Source of the DNA: Blastocladiella emersonii ATCC 22665
Lineage: Eukaryota; Fungi; Blastocladiomycota
Length of the DNA: 64,000 bases
Assembly: GCA_025594325.1 (NCBI GenBank)
Contig: JANHCV010000011.1
Coordinates: 248,001-312,000 of the forward strand
Reading direction: 5' to 3'
Both the position numbers and the translations under genes were made by a program. Positions 12,569 to 23,310 of this stretch are shown one piece after another; within the stretch, counting starts at the first letter, position 1, and each line of letters starts with the position of its first letter. The notes beneath the pieces were generated by a model, which saw nothing but the letters and a program-made list of their open reading frames with translations, made no database searches and was not told where the DNA came from.

Positions 12569-13774
12569 GGCGGCGGACAAAAGGGGCGCGCGCGTGCGTG
12601 CGCGGACAAAGCAGGCGGCCGTGTGCCGCGATAGGTGGCGGAGCAGGGGGCGCGGCACCACTCGACGGGGTCGCTCGGGGGGAGGGGTGGCACAGCAGCA
12701 GGACAAAGCACTCGGGCCAAGTCGGGCAGGCAGCGGGGCCGTCGGTCGCGGCGAGGATGGTGGCGCGGTGACGAGCGAGTCGTTGACGATGGCGGCCGGC
12801 CACGAGGCGATCAGCGCGGGCGGGCGATCGTTCACACGCAGCGAACAGCGCACAGCACTCGCGGACGCGTGAATTAGGCGTAGGCGCGCGTTTCGACAGG
12901 GCGCGCCGCGCGAACTAGCTCCAAATCGGCGGCGCACGAGGGCACGAGGACGATCGGCGGTCGCGGAACGGTCGCGAGGGCGAGACGGTGGCGGTGGCGC
13001 GGCGGGCGGTGTGGGGCCGAGACCGGGGCCGAGTGCGCAGCGTGCAGCGGCAGCGGGGCCGAAACGGGCGGCGGGCGGCGGGCAGGGCGTGGGCGATGCG
13101 ATGCGTGGGCGGCCGCGGGCAGCGAGCGGTGCGGTGCGGGCGGTGGGCGTGGGCGAGATTGCACGGAGTTGGCGGCGGTGTGGTGGCCGTCGTCGCAGAT
13201 GAGGGCGTCGCGGCGGGAGGGAGCGCGGGGAGAGCCCACCGTTGGGGCCGGCGGTGTCCTTGAGGGAGTCCGCGGTCTCACCGCTGCGTGAGCGAGCGTG
13301 AGCGTGACCCGCTGCGACCGCTTGCGTTTCCCCTTGTCCCGCAGCTTGGGAAATGGGAGGGGCGCCGAAGTCGAAGCTCGGACCCACTTCCACTCGCACC
13401 AGCCACCGCCACAGAAATGGCGAACTGAAACTTAATTTTCGCGCTGCAACGTCAGCGTCGACGCTGCGATGATCAGCGAGGGCGAGGAGAGATAACCGGA
13501 CACATCACGTTGCGCACACGGGGTCAGGGGATGCCCACGCGCGACGCGTTGCGCCCGTGTTTCGCGTTTCGCGTCGCGTCGGCGCGTCGCGTCTCACCTT
13601 TTCCGGCGCGTCTCCAACTGCCCGCCCGCCTCCTAGCTACTCTGCTCTGCTCGGCGCGCCGCTGGTCGCTCGCTCGCTCGCTCGCACTCTCTGCAACACG
13701 CATCGACTCTGCTCCATCCATACCCGCAGGCGGACGATACCGAGCACCTCGCGAGCGGACGCGCGCAACCGACC

Positions 13775-14524
13775 ATGTTCCGCAACACGTTCCAGTCGGG
13801 CTTCCTGTCCATTCTCTACTCGATCGGGTTCGTGCCTCGCTCTCCCTTGCGACCACGGCCCGATCCGCTCGACCAACCACCGCACCCGCATCCGTCTAGG
13901 TCCAAGCCGCTGCAGATCTGGGACAAGCAGGTCCGCAATGGCCACATCAAGCGCATCACCGACAACGACATCCAGTCGTCGGTGCTCGAGATCATCGGCA
14001 CCAACGTGTCGACCAACTACATTTCGTGCCCGGCCCAGACCAACCGCACGCTCGGCATCAAGCTGCCGTTCCTCGTCATGATTATCAAGAACCTGAAAAA
14101 GTACTTCACCTTCGAGGTCCAGGTCCTCGACGACAAGAACGTGCGCCGCCGGTTCCGCGCCTCCAACTACCAGTCGACGACCCGCGTCAAGCCCTTCATC
14201 TGCACCATGCCCATGCGCCTCGACGACGGGTGGAACCAGATCCAGTTCAACCTGTCCGACTTCACCCGCCGCGCCTACGGCACCAACTACATCGAGACCC
14301 TGCGCGTCCAGATCCACGCCAACTGCCGCATCCGCCGCATCTACTTCTCGGACCGCCTCTACTCCGAGGAGGAGCTGCCGCCCGAGTTCAAGCTCTTCCT
14401 CCCGATCCAGCAGCAGAACGGCCAGGCCCAGCCTGGTGCGCCCGGTCAGCAGCAGCAGCAGCAGGCCGCGGCTGCACCACCCGCTGGCGCGCCCGCCGAC
14501 AAGCCGCCGCTGCCCGTGGCCTGA
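13775..14524 (+). CDS. CFAP20: Cilia- and flagella-associated protein 20 (BUG22/GTL3). In-frame 72-nt intron 13828..13899
   Basis: '[18 protein letters not shown]|[21 protein letters not shown]...[42 protein letters not shown]' matches CFAP20 as recalled. Confidence 0.97.
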   Translation: MFRNTFQSGFLSILYSIGFVPRSPLRPRPDPLDQPPHPHPSRSKPLQIWDKQVRNGHIKRITDNDIQSSVLEIIGTNVSTNYISCPAQTNRTLGIKLPFLVMIIKNLKKYFTFEVQVLDDKNVRRRFRASNYQSTTRVKPFICTMPMRLDDGWNQIQFNLSDFTRRAYGTNYIETLRVQIHANCRIRRIYFSDRLYSEEELPPEFKLFLPIQQQNGQAQPGAPGQQQQQQAAAAPPAGAPADKPPLPVA

Positions 14525-14635
14525 TCCGGTCCATCGATGCTGGTCATCGTCGCCTACCTCTGCTGTTCTTCCCCTTCCCTCCCTCTCGTGTCATAATTTA
14601 CCCTCCCGCTGCTGCTCCATTACAACCCGTTCATA

Positions 14636-16522
14636 CTATTGCCCATCTTCATCACCCACAAACGCCATAGCCTCGTCGAGCGCGCGCACAAACAGCCCTC
14701 GCAGGACCTCCTCGTCCTCGAGCCCGACGCTCACGCGGACGAGCCACCTTGACACGCCGAACGTCTCGGCCCAGTCGAGCTCGCCGTAGTGCGCGAGCAG
14801 CGTGTACGGGCACGCGAGCGTGAAGTTGGTTCCGAGCGACGGCCCCTTGTACACCTGGAGCGCGTCAAAGAACGCCGCGGCCGCGCGCCGCGACCCGCGC
14901 AGCTCGACCGACACGAGCCCGCCGTACCCACCGTTCGGCGTCCTTACCGCGTCGTAGTGCGCGCGCGTGGCCGACCGCGACGGGTAGTGCACGGCACGGA
15001 CCGCCGGGTGCGCGGCGAGCGTGTCGACGAGCGACACCGCGGTCTTGTTGATGCGGTGCACGCGCGCGACGAAGGTGCGCGAGTTGCGCTCGAGGTAGAT
15101 GGCGTCCTCGGCCCAGAACGCGGCCTCGTCGTGCGCGCTCTTGAGCGCGGCGTGCAGCGCGCCCGCGAAACGCGACGCCGGGTTCACGACGGCGCTCCCG
15201 CCCATCACGTTGCTGTCGCCGCTGAACACTTTGGTCAGGCTGCTCACCACCACGTCGGCGAGCGGGAGCACGTTCACGTTGACCAGGTTGCCGATCGTCT
15301 CGTCGACCACGAGCAGGAACCCGTGCTGGTCGGCGAGCGCGCGGAGGGCGGAGAGTGGCGGCGACTTGAGCAGCGGGTTGGACGGGAACTCGCAGAACAC
15401 GGCCGCGATTGGCGGGCCCGTCGCCGCGAGGTCCGCGAGCCGCGCCAGGTCCGCGTCGTCGCCGTGTCCGAGGAACACGCACGGCGGGGTGCCCTCCGGG
15501 CAGAACTTTTCCTGGATCTTGAGCGTGTCGAGGTATGGGAATCTGAGGGCGGGTGCACACGTTAGCGGCTGCACCATGACGTTGTACTCATATCGAACGT
15601 ACCCGAACTGAACCGTTCGCGCGCCCGGCCGCACCGCGACGCACGCGCGGTACGCGTGGTAGATGGCGTTCATGCCGGTCGGGTACAGGTACACGTCGTC
15701 CTCGGACACTCGCGGCGCGACGCCCTCCTCCTCATCAGTCCCGGTCACCTCGCCGCCCTCAGCGCGCGCCACCGCGTCCGCCGCAGCGACGAGGTTCCCC
15801 GCAATCCGGCGGCGCAGGATCACCTTGGCCTCGCGGTCGAACCCAGGCGGGAGGTACCGGCCGTACCGCTCCTCGAGAAACTGGCCCGCCTCCTCATCGC
15901 CGTCCGCGGCCACACCGCGCGCGCGGGACTTGGCCGCCGCGAGCTTCGGGTCGGGCCCGTTTAGCCCGGTCGACTCGGCGGCAGCCTTGGCGAGGGCCTC
16001 GAGACATCGCGCCGCGAGCCGCGACGGGACCACGGTGCCCGTGTGCTGCCAGTAGTGTTTCGCGCGCGCCGCGAGCGAGGGCGTGTGCAGGACGACGCCG
16101 AGCGACACGGGCCGTGTCGCCGCGGGGTCGCCCGGCGTCACGTTCACGAGACACTCGACGATGCGGACGCGCGGCGGCGGCGAGGCGGGTTTCGTCTCCT
16201 CAGTCTCGCCGCACGCGCTCGCGCGCAAGAGGAAGGCGCGGCAGTCTTGCGCGGCGGCGCGCGACGGGAGGACGAGCGCCTGGACGTTGGGTCCGTCGAC
16301 GGCCGGGATCGCGAACCGTTTCAGGCACACGGCGAACAGCTCGGCGACGGGCTGCGGGTACACGAAGCGCGGGTAGCCGGCGCGCAGCGCGGTGACGACG
16401 CGCGGGTCGCCCTCCTCGTAGTCGACGTTGTCGGCCCACGTCGGCAGGCTCACCGAGACCGCGTGCGGCGTGTGTAGCGGGATCGGGGTGCCGAGCGGCG
16501 GGCAGGCGGGTGTTGCGTTCAT
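14636..16522 (-). CDS. STR2: Cystathionine gamma-synthase (fungal STR2/Met-7 type, PLP-dependent). In-frame 60-nt intron 15602..15543
   Basis: 'LGTPIP..PHAVSVSLPTW', 'YLYPTGMNAI', 'FGFPYLDTLK', 'CEFPSNPLLK', 'VVDETIGN', 'SLTKVFSGDSNVMGGS', 'KGPSLGTNFTLACPY'. Confidence 0.92.
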   Translation of the reverse strand: MNATPACPPLGTPIPLHTPHAVSVSLPTWADNVDYEEGDPRVVTALRAGYPRFVYPQPVAELFAVCLKRFAIPAVDGPNVQALVLPSRAAAQDCRAFLLRASACGETEETKPASPPPRVRIVECLVNVTPGDPAATRPVSLGVVLHTPSLAARAKHYWQHTGTVVPSRLAARCLEALAKAAAESTGLNGPDPKLAAAKSRARGVAADGDEEAGQFLEERYGRYLPPGFDREAKVILRRRIAGNLVAAADAVARAEGGEVTGTDEEEGVAPRVSEDDVYLYPTGMNAIYHAYRACVAVRPGARTVQFGYVRYEYNVMVQPLTCAPALRFPYLDTLKIQEKFCPEGTPPCVFLGHGDDADLARLADLAATGPPIAAVFCEFPSNPLLKSPPLSALRALADQHGFLLVVDETIGNLVNVNVLPLADVVVSSLTKVFSGDSNVMGGSAVVNPASRFAGALHAALKSAHDEAAFWAEDAIYLERNSRTFVARVHRINKTAVSLVDTLAAHPAVRAVHYPSRSATRAHYDAVRTPNGGYGGLVSVELRGSRRAAAAFFDALQVYKGPSLGTNFTLACPYTLLAHYGELDWAETFGVSRWLVRVSVGLEDEEVLRGLFVRALDEAMAFVGDEDGQ

Positions 16523-16849
16523 GGTTTGTGTGTGTGATGGGTGTCGGTTTGACGACAAGGTAGGAAGGGGTGCCGCGGGCTATATGGCAGCTCCGCGATG
16601 CTGCATGCGATTCAGGGACGGGCGCAGATCCATGGCGATGGCGTGCCCTCCAAGCGCGGGGCGGGTATTCGAGGGCGGCGACGCGTAAACGGTGCCCGCG
16701 CCACGCGCCTGACGCGATGCCGGGCTGGGACGCGTCGAATATCATATGACGCGCTGCGTTGCGCCACCGTCACGGGACCCGTTACGACGTGTTGCTCAAG
16801 CTTATTCCTTTCTGCGCTTCTGCCTCCCTGTACCCAGCCTCTCGCTGCA

Positions 16850-18104
16850 ATGACATCAAATGAACCCCACAACTTGCCGTGCCTGCCCTTCGAGCTGATC
16901 GAGGCGATCCTTGTGACGGCCGCGCGGCTTCCCGGTCAGCTACCGCGCCACCTGCGCGAGCTTCTCCGCGTACTCCCGCGCCGCCAAGACGACACGTACA
17001 GTCCGCTTGCCCGCTTCATCCTCACCCGGCTGCCCAACTGCCGGCCCAACTGGGCTGCCTTCTACGGCCGCGTCGATGTGCTTCAAGAGTACCTCGCGTC
17101 CGGCCTCCCCTTCGACTACTTGGGGGCCGCCATGGACAAGGCGAGCTACTCTGGCCACGTTCCCGTCTTGGACTGGTTTGTTTCGTTGGGTCTCGAGCTC
17201 ACGCACTCCCGGAAAGCGGTCGAGTGGGCGTACCGCCACGACCAGTACGAGGCGCTCGCTTGGTGGTTCAAGCGCGGCGAGTACGCCGACTTTTTCGCGA
17301 CGCTTGTCGATTCCGCAAGTATGACCAACAACACCTGGTTTTTAAAATGGTGGGCCGCCGCTGGCGACGTTGCGCTTCCTTACTCGGCCGCCGCCATCGA
17401 CCACGCGAGCGCAAAGGGGCACATCGGCGTGCTTGACATCTGGCGGTCGTCTGGTCGCGAGCTCAAGTTTACGGAAATGGCGATTCACGAGGCCAGCGCG
17501 CATGGCAAGCTGTCCGTCCTCGATTGGTGGAAGGAATCGGGCCTCGAGCTCAAGTACACGAACGTTGCCATGGATTACGCGAGCGAGCACGGGCACATCC
17601 GCACGCTTGACTGGTGGCTTCACTCGGGACTCGAGATCAAGTACTCGGCCGAAGCCGTGGATTCCGCGAGCAAGCATGGACGCGTGCCGACGCTCGACTG
17701 GTGGCTCAAGTCGCAGCCCCCGACCAAGTACACGGCCGCGGCCATGGACAGCGCGAGCGCCAATGGACACGTCGACGTCCTCGAGTGGTGGCTTTCTCAC
17801 GATCTGGAACCGCTGTACAGCTGCGGCGCGATCGACTTGGCCAGCACGAATGGCCAGCACGAACGGCCACATTGACGTCCTCAACTGGTGGAACCGTGCC
17901 GGACTCGCCCTCAAGTACTCTGAGGCGGTCATCGAGGGCGCCGCGTTCGCTAGTCTGGAACCGACCTTGTACTGGTGGTCGTCGCACTCGCAGCTCGAGC
18001 TGCTGATCTCGGAGCGCGTGTGGGACTCGGAGCGCGTGTGGGACTCGAAGCGGCCGATCGTTTGTCGCTGGCTAGGTAGCCTCGGGCGAGTCACTCGACA
18101 GTAA
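16850..18104 (+). pseudogene. F-box-like N-terminus + ~10 ankyrin-like repeats (~29 aa). Reading frame broken at ~17850 by a 13-bp duplication (truncated allele, pseudogene or assembly artefact)
   Basis: 'LPCLPFELIEAIL' then repeats of consensus Y(S/T)xxA(M/I)DxASxxGHxxVLDWW. The repeats continue in another frame after the duplicated 'tggccagcacgaa'. Confidence 0.75.
17838..17863 (+). repeat. Perfect 13-bp tandem duplication (tggccagcacgaa x2) causing a frameshift
   Basis: Directly visible at 17838-17850 and 17851-17863. Confidence 0.95.
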
Positions 18105-18308
18105 AATACAGTACAGGTTAGGTCTTGTTTTGTGCCTGGGACGCGCGTTTCGCCCTGAAACCAACGCGTCGTTCATCCCGGTGGCGCCGCGTGACCGCAT
18201 TTGGACAGTGGATGGACAGCCAGGTCGGAGCGCGCAACGCCACCCTCGAACACTCTCGTCAACCCGACGCTTGCGACTCAACGAGAGCCCATGAAAAGCG
18301 AATGAACC

Positions 18309-20114
18309 ATGCATCCAGTGTCCCTGCCGCGATCGAACCGGTACCCGGAGCCGTCGACGCCGGGCAGCAAGACGGCCAGAAAGACATCTTGGCCGATCCC
18401 GCTTCCTTGCACGACGACTTCGCTCGAGGACCATCTCAGCCTGGTCGCGCGCTCGCTTGAGCCGACTCGCCGCCAGCGCGAGGTGGTCGTCGGCGCCATG
18501 GAGGTCGTCGTCGATCTCGTCATGGACGCGTTGAGCGCCAAAGTCCCCCACTTGAAGGCGACCCGGGCGGCGCGCGTCGGCTCGTTCTTCAAGGACACGG
18601 CGATCCACTTCTCGTTCGACATTGATCTTGTCTTTATGTTCGAGCGGCTCAACGTGCTGACCGACCTGAACAAGGCGCTCGACGCCATGCAGGAGACGCT
18701 GCTGCTTGCGCTTCGACCCATGAACTCGCAGCACGCGAGAATTTGGCCACTTGCCAACGGGATTTTCGCATGTATCCACGGTGTCGAACGACGGCAAAAC
18801 AGTCTCGCCGCGTCCGTGTACTGCGGCCCGCTGACTGCCGACGGGTCGATGCTCGCAACGTACACGATCAAGCTCGACCTGCTTTGCACGCGCGAGGTTG
18901 TCTCGAACCCCAAATATCGCATGGGACCTGTCGGGACTGCGCTCCAGGTCGCCGCGCTCAAACACGTCTTTGAGCATGACACGTACGATTCAACGCTCCA
19001 AGCGCATCGCCGCGTGTACCAGCCGCTCGTATCCGAGGCCGCCGTCGAAATGATCCGGCGCGCGCCGGCCGAGGCCCGCGTGCTGACGCGGCTCCTCAAG
19101 TTTTGGTCTTTTCTCGTGCTCTCGTCGCGCTTCACGGCCATGTCCAAGTCGACGGTGCTCGAGCAACTCGCGCTTTACGTCGTTGAGGAGGCGCAGAAGC
19201 GCAACGAGCCCTTGACGCTCAAGTCGCTGTTTTGGAGCGCGATCCAGAAGCTTGCCACTCTCAAATCTCTCCAGCTCGGTTCTCCCGGGCGCCAGGCCAT
19301 GAAGCAGGATTGCTACATCATTCACAAGGTATGCTTACATCTGATTCATGAGTTCGCTCCAACTGAAGCCTTCGTGATCGACTACATGTAGTGCGACGGT
19401 CTCAACAACGTGCTCGACCCAGTCAACTCGCGCCCCTTCTCGCGCGAGTACCAGCGTGAGCTGGAGCACGCAGCTCGCGCACTTGTCGACCACGTTCTCA
19501 CGTCTGGCGGCGTTGAACTGGATTGGTCGCCGTGGCTTGTTATTATTCCAGCTACTCGCCCCTTGCTTACCGCGTACCGCATGACCATCATGCTGCAGGT
19601 CCTCGACGCTTCTGACCCGAGGACCAAGTGCCCGGGCGTGTGGTCCGTGACGGATCGGTTCCGCGAGATCAACTTCCACTACCAGGTCGCTTCGTGCCTC
19701 CATCTCGCCATGCTCGCGGAGCCCGACCACGGCGAGGTGCTGACTTGCGGCTCCGCCGCGTCGATCGACATCCAAGGCGTCAAGAGTTCGCGTGGCACCG
19801 ACCCGAAACACTTTGCAACCAGTGCGGGCACCGATCCGAGCTCGCGTAGGCTGCTTGCTCATCTCCAGGCGCTGCACGACATGACGGAGCAGCTCGTCGA
19901 CTTCTCATACCTCGGCAAAGCCAACGAGGGCGTTCTCAACGACACCAACTCTGAGGCTATCTCCATGGTGCTCCCCGTGCCGCACGGCGGCGGCGAGGGC
20001 ATGTACATCGAGCTCACAGTTCGCCGCTTCGATCGCGACCCGCTCGCTAACTTCGCCGACAAGGAAGCGGGCATCATCGCCAAGGCGCTCGAGGACAACA
20101 CGTCCATCGCGTAA
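18309..20114 (+). CDS. OAS/CD-NTase-like (Pol-beta superfamily) nucleotidyltransferase with an extra ~200-aa C-terminal domain; ~580 aa. Exons 18309..19328 and 19392..20114
   Basis: 'RVGSFFKDTAIHFSFDIDLVF' (GS + DxD), third Asp in 'IKLDLL', then 'IRRAPAEARVLTRLLKFW', 'STVLEQLALYVVEE' and, after the 63-nt GTATGC..TAG intron, 'NVLDPVNS'. This is the motif order of OAS1. Confidence 0.8.
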
Positions 20115-20350
20115 TAAACGGTTTTTGAGAGTGTACTCGCGTTGCGCCGTGATGGCCGACCTGATCATACGACGTGATCAAAAATCCGGTGAACGATCCA
20201 CCCGAGCACAAGAATAGAAGCGAGTGCGCCACTCCCGCCCGCCCGCGACGACCTTCCCTCTCGTGCATGTCCCTTGCTTGGACGAAGCACAACTAGAAAG
20301 CACGAGACACTTGGCGCACTGCGCTGCATGTAACCAACGCGACCGACACC

Positions 20351-21409
20351 ATGAGTTCCGCGACCAAGTCGGGGACCACCGTCAACTTCCAAGTCGGCGG
20401 CAAGCCGCCGGCCGGCGCCGCCGCCGTCGCCATGGAGTGCACCAACGGCGCCTTTGCCACGCGCCTCGGCTTCCAGACCACCAAGCCCGACAGCACGAGC
20501 AACGCGAGCGACTGGGTCTCGGGCATCTCGATGCTGTGCTCGGACAACAGCAACAAGACCATGGGCTGGCAGTCGTCGTCGCGCGCGACCAAACTTGGCG
20601 AGACGTTCCCGAACGGGATCAACTCGCTGCTCGTGAGCTCCGGGTCGGTGATTGACGGCATCGGCTACGGCAGCACGCTGGTCGGGACCACGTCGGGATC
20701 GGGGCTGTGGCGCCAGGACCTCAACGACACGCTCAAGTCGTGCTTCGTCAAGGGCTTCTCGGGCGGGACCGGCAACTGGATTTTCAACCTTGACATGTCC
20801 TTCATCTGCCCCGTCGCGACAACCTCGACTACCGCGACCGCGACGGCGTCGCGTGCTACGGGCACGGCAACTGCGACCGCGACCTCGTCCGCCACCGCGG
20901 TGCCCAACGACAAGATCGAGGAGCAGTCCAAGCCGACCGGCGTCATCATCGGCGGCGTCGCTGCGGCGCTCGTCGTCGCGATTGCCGCGTTCACCTGGTA
21001 CAAGCGGCAGAACGCCAAGGCCGCCGCCAAGTACCACCTCGACGACGACTCGTTCCCGACCACCCCGTCGCCGCCCGCACCCGCGCCGGCGCCAGCGCCC
21101 GCGCCGACCTCGACGATCACGTACCACGACGTCGGTCTCGCGTCGGGTACGCTGCCGCCCATGACGGTCGCGCCCAAGCCCATGACCATGGCTCCCCAGC
21201 AGCAGCAGCAGTCGACGATCGTGCAGGTCCCCACCGACATGGCCGGGCTGCCGGACCCCAAGGGCGGCAACTGGGGCGGCGTCGCGCAGCAGAACATGAA
21301 CGGCGCTGGGCCCGCTCCCGTCGCGGCGCCTGCTCTCCCCGTGCGTCCCGCACCCGCGACTTCCCGCCCTGCGAACGGCGACGACAACGAGCCCCTATAC
21401 CTTCCCTAG
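20351..21409 (+). CDS. Beta-prism (VMO-I/jacalin-like) domain single-pass membrane protein, paralog 1
   Basis: 'ECTNGAFATRLGFQ...VSGISMLCSD', 'SGSVIDGIGY', Thr-rich stalk, TM 'GVIIGGVAAALVVAIAAFTWY' then KRQ, Pro-rich tail ending EPLYLP. Confidence 0.65.
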   Translation: MSSATKSGTTVNFQVGGKPPAGAAAVAMECTNGAFATRLGFQTTKPDSTSNASDWVSGISMLCSDNSNKTMGWQSSSRATKLGETFPNGINSLLVSSGSVIDGIGYGSTLVGTTSGSGLWRQDLNDTLKSCFVKGFSGGTGNWIFNLDMSFICPVATTSTTATATASRATGTATATATSSATAVPNDKIEEQSKPTGVIIGGVAAALVVAIAAFTWYKRQNAKAAAKYHLDDDSFPTTPSPPAPAPAPAPAPTSTITYHDVGLASGTLPPMTVAPKPMTMAPQQQQQSTIVQVPTDMAGLPDPKGGNWGGVAQQNMNGAGPAPVAAPALPVRPAPATSRPANGDDNEPLYLP

Positions 21410-22073
21410 ATCGTCGGCGCATCGGCGTCGCGCGTTTTTGTCCCTTATTTTTGTGTCCCCGCATAGTGCACCTACTACCTTTGTGTTTTCCCACTTTTCG
21501 AACTACGCTGAGCGTACAAGTGGCGTTCGCGCCAAACAGGGAGGGGACGACAGGCGCGCTGCAGGACCGACTGCTCGCGGACGCGTCGCGATATCACGTT
21601 TTTGCGTCTCACGCGCGAGACACGCACGGCCGGCGATCGCCACTCCACCCTCTCTCGCTCTTCTCCGACGTGTCGTCGCCGGTTAACGCCCGCGTATACC
21701 GAACACAGGCAACGCAAAGGCCGCGCGCTCCACGTCGTTGCTTGCCTTGCCTGGGCGGACTCGCACACCCCACTAGCACCCCTGCCCATACCTCCGCCGA
21801 TTCCACGTGAACTATCTTGACTCTGGCCGCGACAACCTGTCTCGAGCAGCACATCCAGGAGCCCTCACGAACCGCGGGCTCTCGAATGCACGCACTCGAA
21901 ACGGGCGGCGGCCACGGCGAACCGTCGCCCGTTTCAGCATCAACTTCGCCGTCAGGAGCAGTCGTCGACTTCTTCTCTCCCGCACGCTTTCCCATCGCAT
22001 GTAACGAGCTAGAACGGCACAGCACAACTTGCCGCATTGCTTTGACCGAACCAACTCAAACCACGTCCCGGGG

Positions 22074-22952
22074 ATGAGCAGCAATACGACCAAGACGGGC
22101 ACGACGGCCACGTACCGGCTCGGCAGGAAGCCGACCAGCGCTACGCCTGCCGTCGCCGAGTGCACCAACGGCGCCTTCGTCACGCGGCTCGGGATCCAGA
22201 CCGAGAAGTCGACCGCGGACGAGAACCCCGTCGACTGGGTGGCCGGGATCAGCGTGCTCTGCTCTGACAAGACGAACCTGACGACGCTGGGCTGGAAGCC
22301 CACTCGCCCGAGCCGGCTGGGCGAGCTCGCGCCCAACGGCATCAACACGCTGATCGGGAGTTCCGGGTCGGTTGTCGACGGGCTCGGGTACGGCAGCACG
22401 CTCGTCGGCACCATCGCGGGCGCCGGGGTGTGGCGCCAGGACCAGGACGCGTCCGTCAAGGCGTGCTTCCTGACGGGCCTCGGCGGCAACTACGGCAGCT
22501 GGATCTTTAACCTCGACTTCAAGTTCGTGTGTCCCGTCGCGACGACGTCAACGTCCGCTACGGCCTCGGCGACATCGACGTCGGCTCCGACCCTGCAGCC
22601 GCCACCAACCGATCCGCCCGAGTCCAACTCGGCGGCCATCATCGCCGGGTCGGTGGGCGGGGTCGCTGCCGTGGCCATCTTTGTCTTCGCCGGCATGACG
22701 CTGCTCAAGCGGCGGCGCGCGCTCGCCGCGGCCAAACCGGTTGCCCAAGACGATGTGTTTGACGCTCCACCAGCACCGGCCGCCGCGCGCCCCACCGAGG
22801 ACGACCTTCCGCACGCTGGTAGCGGCTATTGGGGCACACCCGCGGGCACCGGCGCGGCACGGCCACCGCCTGCTCCCGGTGCGCGACCTGCAGGAGCCCG
22901 TCCCGAGTCTGAGGTGTTGTATCTTCCATCCGAGCCCGTGTACCTTCCATAG
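22074..22952 (+). CDS. Beta-prism-like single-pass membrane protein, paralog 2
   Basis: Clearly homologous to paralog 1 ('ECTNGAFVTRLGIQ', 'SSGSVVDGLGYGSTLVGT', 'WIFNLDFKFVCPV'); TM then KRRR; ends EVLYLPSEPVYLP. Confidence 0.7.
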   Translation: MSSNTTKTGTTATYRLGRKPTSATPAVAECTNGAFVTRLGIQTEKSTADENPVDWVAGISVLCSDKTNLTTLGWKPTRPSRLGELAPNGINTLIGSSGSVVDGLGYGSTLVGTIAGAGVWRQDQDASVKACFLTGLGGNYGSWIFNLDFKFVCPVATTSTSATASATSTSAPTLQPPPTDPPESNSAAIIAGSVGGVAAVAIFVFAGMTLLKRRRALAAAKPVAQDDVFDAPPAPAAARPTEDDLPHAGSGYWGTPAGTGAARPPPAPGARPAGARPESEVLYLPSEPVYLP

Positions 22953-23310
22953 ATCAATCCTTCTGCGACGGGCTTCCGGACCGCGAGGTCTGCATGGGCG
23001 GCGGTCCGCGCCGCTTGCCTGGATAGGGTGCATACTCGCGCGAAGCTGCGGGAGTGATTCCGCAGCGGTGCGGGGGCAGCTCCACGCCGCAGATTCGGCA
23101 CAGTTGATCTGCCGTATCACCCCCAAATCAGGTCGCCGATCAGCCCGCACATGCGCGAAACGAAGCGAGAGGGGAGGCGCCGCCGGTCCACTCGCCGGTC
23201 CGCTTGCTCGCCGACCTCGCCTCTGTTGTTTGAGTTCCCGGCCCCCTGTCGGGCAGCTTCCTCTCCCCTCCCCAACGATCGGGAGCGCCTCCCTAACTGC
23301 CAGCCTTGCG

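Noticed and set aside
12569-13399. 277-codon in-frame extension upstream of the polyQ gene ATG
   Set aside because: Starts at GTG and has Arg/Pro/Ala composition typical of stop-poor GC-rich promoter or UTR DNA; 'MDPMQQQ' at 12568 is the more credible start.
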